Program-made: the position numbers and the translations under genes
In this document: one piece after another, positions 1 through 9,100 of the stretch
Position numbering within the stretch: the stretch's first letter is position 1
Layout: every line of letters starts with the position of its first letter
Virus record (IMG/VR): IMGVR_UViG_3300032234_000538
Coordinates: 1 to 48,719 of that record
DNA length: 48,719 bases
Origin: a virus
Taxonomy: Duplodnaviria > Caudoviricetes
Strand: one strand, 5' to 3'
The notes under the pieces: generated by a model
The model's database searches: none
Told to the model about the DNA's origin: nothing
Seen by the model: only the letters and a program-made list of their open reading frames with translations

Positions 1-123
1 GAAGCTCGGGAGTTTGAAAAGCCGGCCATCGTCCCCGACGATACGCTTGAACTCAAGCCCGGCGAAGATATCACCAAATGAGCAAGCCCAAGATCTACAG
101 CATCAAACGTCAGTTCGTCACCC
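1..123. repeat. Terminal direct repeat, left copy (circular overlap)
   Basis: Bases 1-123 are identical to 48597-48719 and ORFs read through the join. Confidence 0.97.
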
Positions 124-254
124 TCCGCCTCACCAAGCAGGAATGGAAGGACTTCATCAAGCTGACTAAGATTAACGAAACCACCCAGACCACGCTCGCC
201 ACCGCGATCATGCGTCGCACCATCAAGCAACTGATGGAACAACCCGGCATCTAA
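78..254 (+). CDS. Small ribbon-helix-helix-like DNA-binding protein (58 aa)
   Basis: Not in the ORF track. MSKPKIYSIKRQFVTLRLTKQEWKDFIKL... shows an alternating beta strand followed by two helices. ATGA overlap with the upstream gene across the join. Confidence 0.65.
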   Translation: MSKPKIYSIKRQFVTLRLTKQEWKDFIKLTKINETTQTTLATAIMRRTIKQLMEQPGI

Positions 255-265
255 TCTCTCCCACC

Positions 266-985
266 ATGGAATACCAAGAACCCAACAACAAGCTCAGCGC
301 CGTCGCTTCCGCGGCTCTGGTCAAGGCTATCAGCGAAGTGCAGTCGCCAAAGTTCGACGCGAAGAACCCTCACTACGGCAACAAGTATGCGACCCTCAGC
401 TCGCATATTGAAGCCATCAAAGGCACCTTCGCCAAGCACGGCTGGACCATCATCCAGCACCCGTCGTCCTACAGCGGTCAGGTAGGCATCAAGACCATCC
501 TGCTTCACGTCACCGGCGACCAGATGGACTTCACCGCCCACATCCCTGTGGATCCGGCCAAGATTGACGCCCAGAAGGCTGGCTCCATCTATAGCTATCT
601 TCGCAGATATGCCCTCAGCGCCATCGCAAATCTGGCCGCAGAGGATGACGATGGTCAGTCCGCCGTCGAGGTCACCAACTACGTCGCCGTAGCCAAGCCG
701 TCCTACGACGCTCCGGCCAAGCCCAAGCAGGCTCCTTCTGCTGTCGCTGGTGAATGGCGCAACGTCGCCCTGCACTTCGGCAAGAACAAGGGCCAAACGC
801 TCGGCTCCCTGCCGGCCAACAGCCTCGATTGGTATGCCAAGGAATGGCAGCCCAAGCCTTACGGCGACAAGGGCATCTCCGAGGCTGACGTGATCCTGCG
901 TTCCGCGCTGGATAGCTACCTCAAGGCCAAGAACTCGCCGGGCATCAGCCAGCCCGACTCCACCAACGACGAAGTTCCGTTCTAA
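266..985 (+). CDS. erf: ERF-family single-strand annealing protein with extra C-terminal domain and acidic tail
   Basis: KNPHYGNKYATL, LLHVTGD and AQKAGSIYSYLRRYALSAIANLAAEDDDG match the ERF signature. C-terminal HFGKNKGQTL domain. Ends in DEVPF. Confidence 0.9.
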   Translation: MEYQEPNNKLSAVASAALVKAISEVQSPKFDAKNPHYGNKYATLSSHIEAIKGTFAKHGWTIIQHPSSYSGQVGIKTILLHVTGDQMDFTAHIPVDPAKIDAQKAGSIYSYLRRYALSAIANLAAEDDDGQSAVEVTNYVAVAKPSYDAPAKPKQAPSAVAGEWRNVALHFGKNKGQTLGSLPANSLDWYAKEWQPKPYGDKGISEADVILRSALDSYLKAKNSPGISQPDSTNDEVPF

Positions 986-992
986 TCAATTC

Positions 993-1064
993 GGCCTTAT
1001 CGTTCAACGGATAGGACAGGCGTTTCCTAAACGCTTAATCTAGGTTCGATTCCTAGTAGGGCCA
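993..1064 (+). tRNA. tRNA-Arg (CCT)
   Basis: Acceptor GGCCTTA/TAGGGCC, anticodon arm GGCGT-TTCCTAA-ACGCT, T arm CTAGG-TTCGATT-CCTAG. A20 present. No encoded CCA. Confidence 0.92.
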
Positions 1065-1068
1065 AAAC

Positions 1069-1141
1069 GACGTAGTAGCTCAATTGGTAGAGTATCTGCC
1101 TTCCAAGCAGATTGTTGCAGGTTCGAGCCCTGTCTACGTCA
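1069..1141 (+). tRNA. tRNA with TCC anticodon (Gly) and atypical acceptor stem
   Basis: Acceptor GACGTAG/CTACGTC, anticodon arm TCTGC-CTTCCAA-GCAGA, T arm GCAGG-TTCGAGC-CCTGT. Confidence 0.88.
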
Positions 1142-1163
1142 CACCTTTCCACCACACGCACAC

Positions 1164-1610
1164 ATGCACAACATCAGCATCAACAACGACAACGGCTTCT
1201 CCATCAAGCAGACCGGCCAGAGCAAGCGCACCAAGCGCATCTCGGCCGTGAAGCAGAAGAAGCTCAACAGCCGCAAGGCCAACCTCGGCATGGGCTACGG
1301 CAAGTCCGTCCACGGCATCCTCAGCGCCGCGGTTCCGGCCGAGCTCTACAAGCAGATCATCGCCACGGCCCGCGAGGAGAAGATCAACGTCTCCGACCTC
1401 ATCCGTCGCGGCGTCATGCGCGAAATCGGCGCGATCCGGTTCTCCCGCGCGCTCGGCCTCGATCCCGCCGTCTATGGCGTCGCCTCGCACGTCAAGCCGC
1501 CCAAGAAGGAGGAAGCCAAGCCGAAGCCCTCGGTCGACCGCCTCACCAAGGTTCAGGCCCGCAAGGCCATCCGTGACCTTCGCAAGGCCCTCAAGGTTCT
1601 CGCCAACTAA
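1164..1610 (+). CDS. Basic protein with CopG/RHH-like DNA-binding domain
   Basis: LSAAVPAELYKQIIATAREEKINVSDLIRRGV fits an RHH pattern. Lys/Arg-rich, with strongly C-ending codons. Confidence 0.7.
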   Translation: MHNISINNDNGFSIKQTGQSKRTKRISAVKQKKLNSRKANLGMGYGKSVHGILSAAVPAELYKQIIATAREEKINVSDLIRRGVMREIGAIRFSRALGLDPAVYGVASHVKPPKKEEAKPKPSVDRLTKVQARKAIRDLRKALKVLAN

Positions 1611-1636
1611 GACCAAGAACCAATCAGGTGGAAAAC

Positions 1637-1668
1637 AGAAGCCCGGAGCAATCCGGGTTTCTTCGTTT
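1637..1668 (+). terminator. Rho-independent terminator ending the early arm (possibly bidirectional)
   Basis: AGAAGCCCGGA-GCAA-TCCGGGTTTCT hairpin with GNRA loop, T-rich tail and A-rich 5' side. Lies between convergent arms. Confidence 0.75.
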
Positions 1669-1779
1669 ACGAAAGGCGGAGGGTCATCCCCTCCTTTAAA
1701 GCCGTAGCTACCCCACGCACACTAATGAAGCGACAACAACGACGCTTCGATAAGGATGATCTGACGGCCCGCCCTTAAG

Positions 1780-2805
1780 TCAAGGGCTCTTGGCCTTGAC
1801 CCTGTCCCTAACCCAATCCCAAGCATACCAGATCAGTAGGAGCGACAGGCAACCAAGCGTCCCGGCCATCACATAGGTGAAGTAGGCCGAGTCTATCACG
1901 AACGGCACGGCACCCATGATGGCTCCGCATGCAATAAGAGGTATGCCCTTCTTGGGGCCTACGAAAGCGACACAGACACCGCCAAGGGCGGCCATGCCTA
2001 TGCCGGCCATGGTCCAGAGCTGTGCGGCCTTATCTTTCTTCACTCGCTCGAGCTCGGATGCCAGCTCGACGATCCGAGCATCACGCGCTGCAAGTGCAGC
2101 CTTGTTTGCGGCAACCTGCTTCTCGAGGTTGGCCCACTCAGCTTCAAGGGCCTTCTGCTTCTCAGCCGCCTTCTTACGCTGGGCTTCATACTCGGCCGGC
2201 GTGGCTTTCTCTGAGCGCTGCCTTGCGAACGCCAGATCGCCCTCCAAAGCCTTGGGCAAATAGGAGGACGCCACCGACAGCTCGGACTCGACGACGGCCG
2301 GCTTGCCCGCCGTGTTAGCCTCCCGAGCCACACTTACGGCCGCGGCAACCCGAGAGTCGATGACGTCCAAATCTTTCCCGACCCGGTCAAGCTCTACCGC
2401 CTTAGGAGCTGGCTGAGCTTCAGGAAGCTTATCCTGTCGGCTCGAACAACCGATCAGGATGAAGGCGGCGAGTATGACGGGAAGCGAACGCATGGATCTA
2501 ACGACGCGGGTTATCAGCCCTGAAGCCACGATGACGCATGCTATGGTCAGGGCGAGCGACAGGTCCGCGCTTGTTTCCAGAGCTTTTTGCGCGGCGTTTA
2601 GGTTTTGCTCGAGCTTCTTGTCGTCGCTTGCCACTCCGCTGTCCGTCAGCAGGACGACCATCGCATCGGTCGACCTCAGGGAGTCCAATACCGACTGCAC
2701 GACATAGCTTGTGTAGGCCGCGCAGGATGCCGCCATAGATAGGATTATCGTCGTAGCCCATAGAAGATTACTTTCGTCGTTTCTTTTGTTTGGTTCGTGT
2801 CGCAT
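1780..2805 (-). CDS. Multi-pass membrane protein with internal lipoprotein signal (spanin-like lysis accessory)
   Basis: Two N-terminal TM segments, internal MRSLPVILAAFILIGC lipobox-like segment (ATG at 2493), coiled coil and three C-terminal TM segments. Follows the holin-like gene. Confidence 0.6.
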   Translation of the reverse strand: MRHEPNKRNDESNLLWATTIILSMAASCAAYTSYVVQSVLDSLRSTDAMVVLLTDSGVASDDKKLEQNLNAAQKALETSADLSLALTIACVIVASGLITRVVRSMRSLPVILAAFILIGCSSRQDKLPEAQPAPKAVELDRVGKDLDVIDSRVAAAVSVAREANTAGKPAVVESELSVASSYLPKALEGDLAFARQRSEKATPAEYEAQRKKAAEKQKALEAEWANLEKQVAANKAALAARDARIVELASELERVKKDKAAQLWTMAGIGMAALGGVCVAFVGPKKGIPLIACGAIMGAVPFVIDSAYFTYVMAGTLGCLSLLLIWYAWDWVRDRVKAKSP

Positions 2806-3112
2806 GTTGGATTTCCTTTTCGCCGCGGGCGCGGACGTAGCGTATGAGGTATTCCATCAGTTCCGGAGCGACGGCACCGGCCGCTCCGATGGACGCATAC
2901 AGGGCGCCCTTACTGTGTATGTAGTCCTGAGCAACCAGACCGACGATGGACGCCGTTATCATTGCGGCGGCAGCCCTCCTCAGTATCCATGCAAGCGACA
3001 GCGGTTCAGGGCTCAGCAATATGCGAGCCCCCATGGCCGCTCCTCCTAGGATGCCGGAGATGACCGCGTCCTTGACGAACACGGCATCTGCTTTGTCTTG
3101 GGGGTTATCCAT
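2768..3112 (-). CDS. Putative holin
   Basis: 114 aa, 2-3 hydrophobic segments, highly basic C-terminus (KQKKRRK), at the end of the late operon. Confidence 0.65.
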   Translation of the reverse strand: MDNPQDKADAVFVKDAVISGILGGAAMGARILLSPEPLSLAWILRRAAAAMITASIVGLVAQDYIHSKGALYASIGAAGAVAPELMEYLIRYVRARGEKEIQHATRTKQKKRRK

Positions 3113-6100
3113 TCATCTCCCCTTCTAGTTGTTCTCGTTTCATGAGTTTGGATTTATCGGAAGGAGTTTCACGCACCTGAGCTTCATGTGTCTTGTCGCT
3201 CAAGCTATCGGAGGGCGAGGGTTCCTTCTTCTTTGGACCTCGCTTGGGAACCTCGACGTTCTTTGATTCAAGATGGCTTCGGATCCTCTTCCATCCTCCG
3301 GAAGGCCTCTTGGAATCGGTAAGGTTGGATTCCCTGACTAGGCTGCTGTAGTTCTGACCAGCCTTAACTCCCTCAGCGATTACGTCCATGCGCCTTACGA
3401 CCTCCTCGTCGGACAGCTTCTTCCCTACGTTGGAACGCTTGGAGTCGGCCCCTTCAGGCAGGGGTGCTATTCCTTCCTTGGCCCGAAGGAGGACCATCGA
3501 GGTTCTGGATATGCCCAAATGCCTCGATATCTCTAGGTCTGAATGTCCTGCCTTCATAAGCTCGACGGCAAGCTCCCTGTCATAAATGCGAGCGCGACGA
3601 TCGCTCGGGTCTATTGCGGCAGGGCTTTCGGCCATCGGCAGCTCGGGGAGATTTTTCCTATCAACCATCAAGTTATCCGCATAGGTGATAGGAGTGCTAT
3701 CCCTCAGGTCCCTGTATCGGTTATCCAAAACAGGCGCGGTCTGCCTGCGAGAGGCATGCTCACCGGATGCCTGAACCTTGTCGGCAAGCTGGGCTAGCGC
3801 GGAGATTACCTCCGGGCTGACAGGCTTGCCCTGATCAACCCTTCGACCGGAGGCCATGAGCAGGTTGACGCCAGAAGATATCTTCGTCCTGAACGCCATC
3901 TCATGCTCCTTGGTTCTCATCTCGGGGGTGTGCACCATCGTAGCGACGATGGGGTTTCGTATCCTGAGTATGGTGTGAGCTATAGATTCCGGAGTCTGAC
4001 CTGCTCCACCCATGATGGCCGCGTAAACGGTAGGATGGACCATTCCATACCTAGTGAAGGACATGGCAGTAGGCATGGCCCTAGGCCTGTCCGCCTTAAG
4101 CTCAGCTCCAGCAAGCCCGCCGGCAAGCTGGCCGAACGCATTTATTACCGATCCCCTTCCGTTCGGATCAGCAGCCAGAGCAGGATTGTCTCCATAGTCG
4201 GCGCCCATTGGCGAAAGAATGCGAGCTTGCTCGCTCGCTTCCATCCTTGCACCAAAGGCAACGGTCTTGTCGAACCCTTGCGGGCTCAGCTTGCCTTGCT
4301 TGGTGGCGGCTAGGATAGCATCTCCCATCGGATCGCCCGTCTGCGAGAGCTGTCCGAAGTCTATCATTTCGCGGGGGGTGCCCGTCTCCAGATTGAGAGC
4401 GTATCCAGACGAGGCATCATGGTAGCCCGGCAGGTCGGCAAGCGTGGTCATGTCTATGTATCCACCGGAAGCACCCCATTCTTTCATGAAGGCGTTAAGG
4501 GCCCAATTTCCGCCCTTATACTTGCTGGCCTGAAGATACTTCTCACGGAATATCCTCATGCCCTTTTCCGTGGTCACGTCGACGGTTACCAATTCCCTGC
4601 CCGTCTTGGGATCGAGCAGGACCATATTACTTCCCCTGACCTCGAACTTCGGGCGCTCGAACGCATCAATCGAATACAGGTTCTTGAACGTCTTGGTGGC
4701 GCCCACGGCCATCATGTCCAGCTTCCAACCCGGCATGCCGTAGTTGGTCACATATCCCCATCCAGCGCTTCCATGAGCCTGTTGAGGCATCATGGTGATC
4801 GGAGAATCCTTGACGGAGTTCGCGTTAAACTTGAACGAAGTGTCTTCCCATAGCCTTATCGGGGCCTTCTTTCCGCCGACATATGCGGGCTCCTTGAGCG
4901 CGTTGCTCCTCTGGTGCTTCACCATCGCGTCGATCTTTCTGGTGAGGTTGGTCAGGTAGCTAGACCCAGCCACGAACATGTCTGCGTTTCCGCCGATTCC
5001 GTAAGAGGCCTTGACGATAGATTGCCTGACTCCTTCCGGCAGCTTGCGATGCATGTCCCAGAAGACGTTGGACATGTGCCAGCCAAGGGTCCCGACGTTG
5101 CCTTGGTGGTCGATCGTTTGTCCGGCCAATATTCTCTGAACGTCTCCGTCCTCCATGTTATGGAGCCTATGGAGGAATCCGCCATGCGGACCATCCGGAG
5201 CGGCCATGTCGTCCGACACCATCTTGGAGTAGGCATACATCACGGCTTGGACGCCGCGCCATTCGAGCTCTCCGTCGAGGGCCTTGAACACGAACCTGCT
5301 GTTCTTGCCCATGCCTATGTATAGGTATGGGTTCTCGCTGAGGCCATGTCCTCGCTCCAGCTGGAACGTGGAGTCATACATGCCTATCGCCCTCATGCCA
5401 TGGTTCATCGAGTCGATGACCGCCATGGACAGGTGGGCAGACTTGTATCCATTGATATCCACGAACGGAAGGGCGTTCGGCATTATCGCGTCGCCACCCT
5501 TCCTGCTTCCGGAGAACTCTCCTATTTCAGGTATCCCCTTGGACTTGACGGCTATCTCGGCCTTGGTCCTTTCGATCTCGGGGCCAAGCTCTTCCTTATT
5601 GACCATTCCCCTGACAAGCTCTCCGACAGCCCTAGCGAATCCGCCGGCCTGAGTTCCGGAATACCTGTCATAGTCTGCCAATATGACGTCGCCGAGCGCC
5701 CTTCCTTCCCGCTTGGCCTTCAAGGCTTCAAGCATGATCCTGTTCGCCATCTGTCCGCCCGTGTTTCCTTCGGTCCTGAGAGCGACGTAAGACCTTTGAG
5801 GCCCGTTGTCCGTCAATGCGGGTCCTCGCTCTATGTAGATCGCCTTGTTGGTGAGGTCTCCGGCGGAGTCTATCTGCCAAGCTATGTCTGCCAGCTGCGA
5901 CTGAACCTCTTCGGGACGAAGGTCGAGCAGCTGAAGAAGCTCGTTCAGGGGGATGTTTTCCAAGTTGGCCATCTGTTCGGCCGGAAGTTCCCTCTTGAAC
6001 AAGATGCCGTTGATGAGGCTTTGGGCTCCAAGATCCGTGCCGTTGGCGAAATTATTCGCGACGTGCATGTGAGGCTTGGGTTCAGAGGCGGACTGAAGCA

Positions 6101-9100
6101 TAACCTCCAGAGAGGTCATAATAGTCTTGCCGTTGAAGCTCTTTGTGTCGGCGAACCTAGTCCTGACATTCTCAAGAGCCCTTCTTGCGGCTCCCTCGAA
6201 ATCAACCCTAGTTCCGTTCTGTGCGGACTGAGTCACCTCGAGAACGAACTTTTCGTCCAACAGAAGGACGGCGGCAAGCTGGGCGGCAAGCAACCCTTGG
6301 CTGTCGGCGCCCCTTTGTCCTACGGTTTCGATGTAGGAGTGCAGGCTCTTGAGCATCTCCTTGAGATCCCCATCCGGAGCACCTTCAAGCGAAGGTATTA
6401 TCCTAGACAGATAGTTCTCGCTCATCATGTCCGTGTTGGCCTTGTGCAGCAGCTGCTGTATGCTGCTCCAAGAGCTCTGGAGAGATCGAACAGGCTGCTG
6501 CCTTATTCCCTCTATGACCTGAGCGACGTTCATCCCGCGACCAGAGAACAGGGCATGAACATCCATGGCGCTGTTTATGTTCTGGATCATCCTCTGGGAT
6601 ACCATGTTCATGACCGCCTTGGGAATCGTTCCCCCGTTGTTGCTCATCATGACCAGCTTGATGAGCTCTATGTCCGGCTCTATGACGGGCATCCTTTCCG
6701 GGAGCATGAATCCGGCCTGTCGGTTTATGGACTGCCTGAGAGTCTCGGGCGTATTGACACTCCTGCCCGTCCCTCTGAAGAAGCCCGGAGCGCTGGCGGC
6801 GACGAACATCTTGTTCATCATGTCCAGATTGTTAAGCTGGAGCCTGAGCGTCATGTCGGAGAACGACTTGTCCGAAACGACCTTGATCAGGTTCTCAAGG
6901 AGATGCTTGGTGGCGTTATCCTTGATGGCCGTCATTTGGGCCACCCTTTCCTCGAGCTGCTTTATCTCGGGGATCATGGCCAGCTTCGCGGCTTCTTCCG
7001 CGGAAGAGGGCAGGAAGGCGTCTACCTCGGAGACAAGACCGGTTCCGGCGAACTTCTGGAATAGGTCGGATTGGAACTCTTCCATCATCATCACCGGGAA
7101 GCCAAGCTTCTCCAGCCTGACTTGAGCCGGAAGGCCGGCGGCTTCGGTTCCTATCAGCAAGGCATCAGGCCTGTCGAATATCGGCAGGGAGAGGCCGGCG
7201 AGTGACAGATTGAGAGAATACCTGTAGTGGCCTATCTCATACTCTCCACCCCTCGGATCCACGCTCCTAGTGGGGAGGTAGTCTCCGAAGTGACTTCCGA
7301 CTCCTGCGCTGAGCGAGGCCATGGCCTTTCGGACCGTGGAAACTCGCTTTGCGGCGGCTATGAGATTCGTGACGGCCTTATGCCTTTCCTTGTCTCCATC
7401 ATTGAGAGCCACGATGGCATCCGCTTCAAGGCCTTCGATGTATCCGTTGATCTCGTCCGCTTTAGCAGCGTCGTAGAATTGAACGGCGGTCTGCGTTCCG
7501 ATCTGCTGCCTTCCGGTGGAATATCCGTCCCATCCTTCGCTCCTGAATCCAAGAGCCTGACCGGTTCTGAGGGTATAGTCAGAGCCAAAGGAGAACGTGT
7601 TGGACCTTCCGGAGCTGGAGCTGGCCGTCTGCGCGGCTATCAGTCCGAGCTCTGGCTTCATCGCGCCTATCCATCCATGCCTCATCATCCTGAGCGGAGC
7701 GTAAATCTCAGGAGCCAATCCGGACAGCGACGCGGCCATAGCCTGATCCTTGAGGAGCTTTCCGATCTCGTCGTTATATTTCTGCCTCACCTTTTCGATA
7801 TCACCGAAGTCCAAGGAATTGGCCAATTTAGCCAGCTCGTTGCTGGTGCTGGTATTTCCACCAAGCTCACCGACGCTAGACTTAAGCTTTTCATCAAGGA
7901 CCTGAAGTATCTGGGAAACGCTGGCGCCCTCAAGGGAGCCTGCGTCCATGCCCATCCTCTCGGCTGCCGAGGTGGCAGACTGCCTGATCGAGTCTATCGC
8001 CGTGGTCAGCTTCGCCGTAGCCTCTGCGTCGCCACGGGCGTTCGCCTCGGACATTCTCATCTCGAGCTCGGCAAGCGGGCCCCTGACGGCCTCGATGCTC
8101 ATCTTCATGTTCGCCAAGGACTGAATGGCGGCGTTTGTTACATATGGCAGGTGCCATCCGGACGAGGATACGAATGCCGGAAGATTGGCCCCTGCGTTCT
8201 GCGGTATGCCGAGCGTCATGGCCTCTACGCCCCTTTGGTGGGGCGAGAACCTGAAGTCGTTCTTGACCAGATTAGGCATCATGGCCGCGAAGAACTCGGC
8301 TACGTCCATCCTAGTCAGAGGAGTATCCATCGAGCCATAGAAGAGCTGTCCCAATCCGGACTGCCTCATTTCTTCGCCAGACACGCCATTGGTCTTCATG
8401 AACTCAAACCAATCCGCACCGGTCATCGTCTCCTTGAACCGCTTGTGCTTGTCGACGCCCTTGGATATGGCGTTCATTGCCTTTGACGCGAACGCGATCG
8501 GGCCCTTAGGAAGTCCGAAGTTGAGCTTGGACTTAACCAAGGCTTCCAGCTCTTCCATCTTTCGGCCGGACGCCATGAGGAGCGTGTCTCCAGCCTTGAA
8601 CCTGATATGCTTTCTGGTGTCGAGCGCCTTGGACACCTTGTTTGCCGTGGCCCTGTCGAACACCATGTCAAGATCGCCGACGGTATATCCGTTGGCAGAA
8701 TCAACCAGACCGCTTTCTCCGATCACCTTGGCTTTCTGCGGCCTGAGGTCTCCGATGAACGGATCGTCCGCCTTGGAAAGGTCCGGCCTGTCGACGACTT
8801 CGAGGTCTCCGTCGGCGAGGGCTTTTACCATTTCGGCGCCGCTCATCATTCGAGAAACGCGGTTGGCGTATTGCTCTGCTTCGGCGGCAGTCTTGAACGC
8901 AACAGCGGTCTTGGATATCTGAAGTCCGCCTTCCGGCGTGACGGATATCGGGGCGTCAAACTGAACGACGTGAGCCTTGAAGTTAACGTCACCCTTGGGG
9001 CCTGTCCTCTTCCAGATCTTGATTCCGTGAAGGGCCTTGGCGTCCCAAGAATACTTGAGCAGGTCTTCTCGTCCCGGGAACAGGGTGGCTACAGCCATGC

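Noticed and set aside
1-123. Biological terminal repeat
   Set aside because: It starts and ends within coding sequence and has a k-mer-like length, so it is most likely an assembly overlap.
1112-1576. Alternative-frame ORF overlapping tRNA-Gly and the 1164 gene
   Set aside because: It starts inside the tRNA and has Arg/Gln/His-rich off-frame composition. The 1164 frame has the RHH pattern and typical codon use.
1720-1755. Hammerhead-like core (CTAATGA-stem-CGATA)
   Set aside because: It departs from the required CUGANGA and GAAA at invariant positions, and stems I and III are not evident.
5346-7064. Long plus-strand ORFs antisense to late genes (also 7227-8486, 8607-9632, 18696-20345, 32937-34655, 35200-36597)
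   Set aside because: They shadow well-supported genes in GC-rich, codon-biased DNA. The translations are Leu/Val/Arg/His-rich with no motifs.
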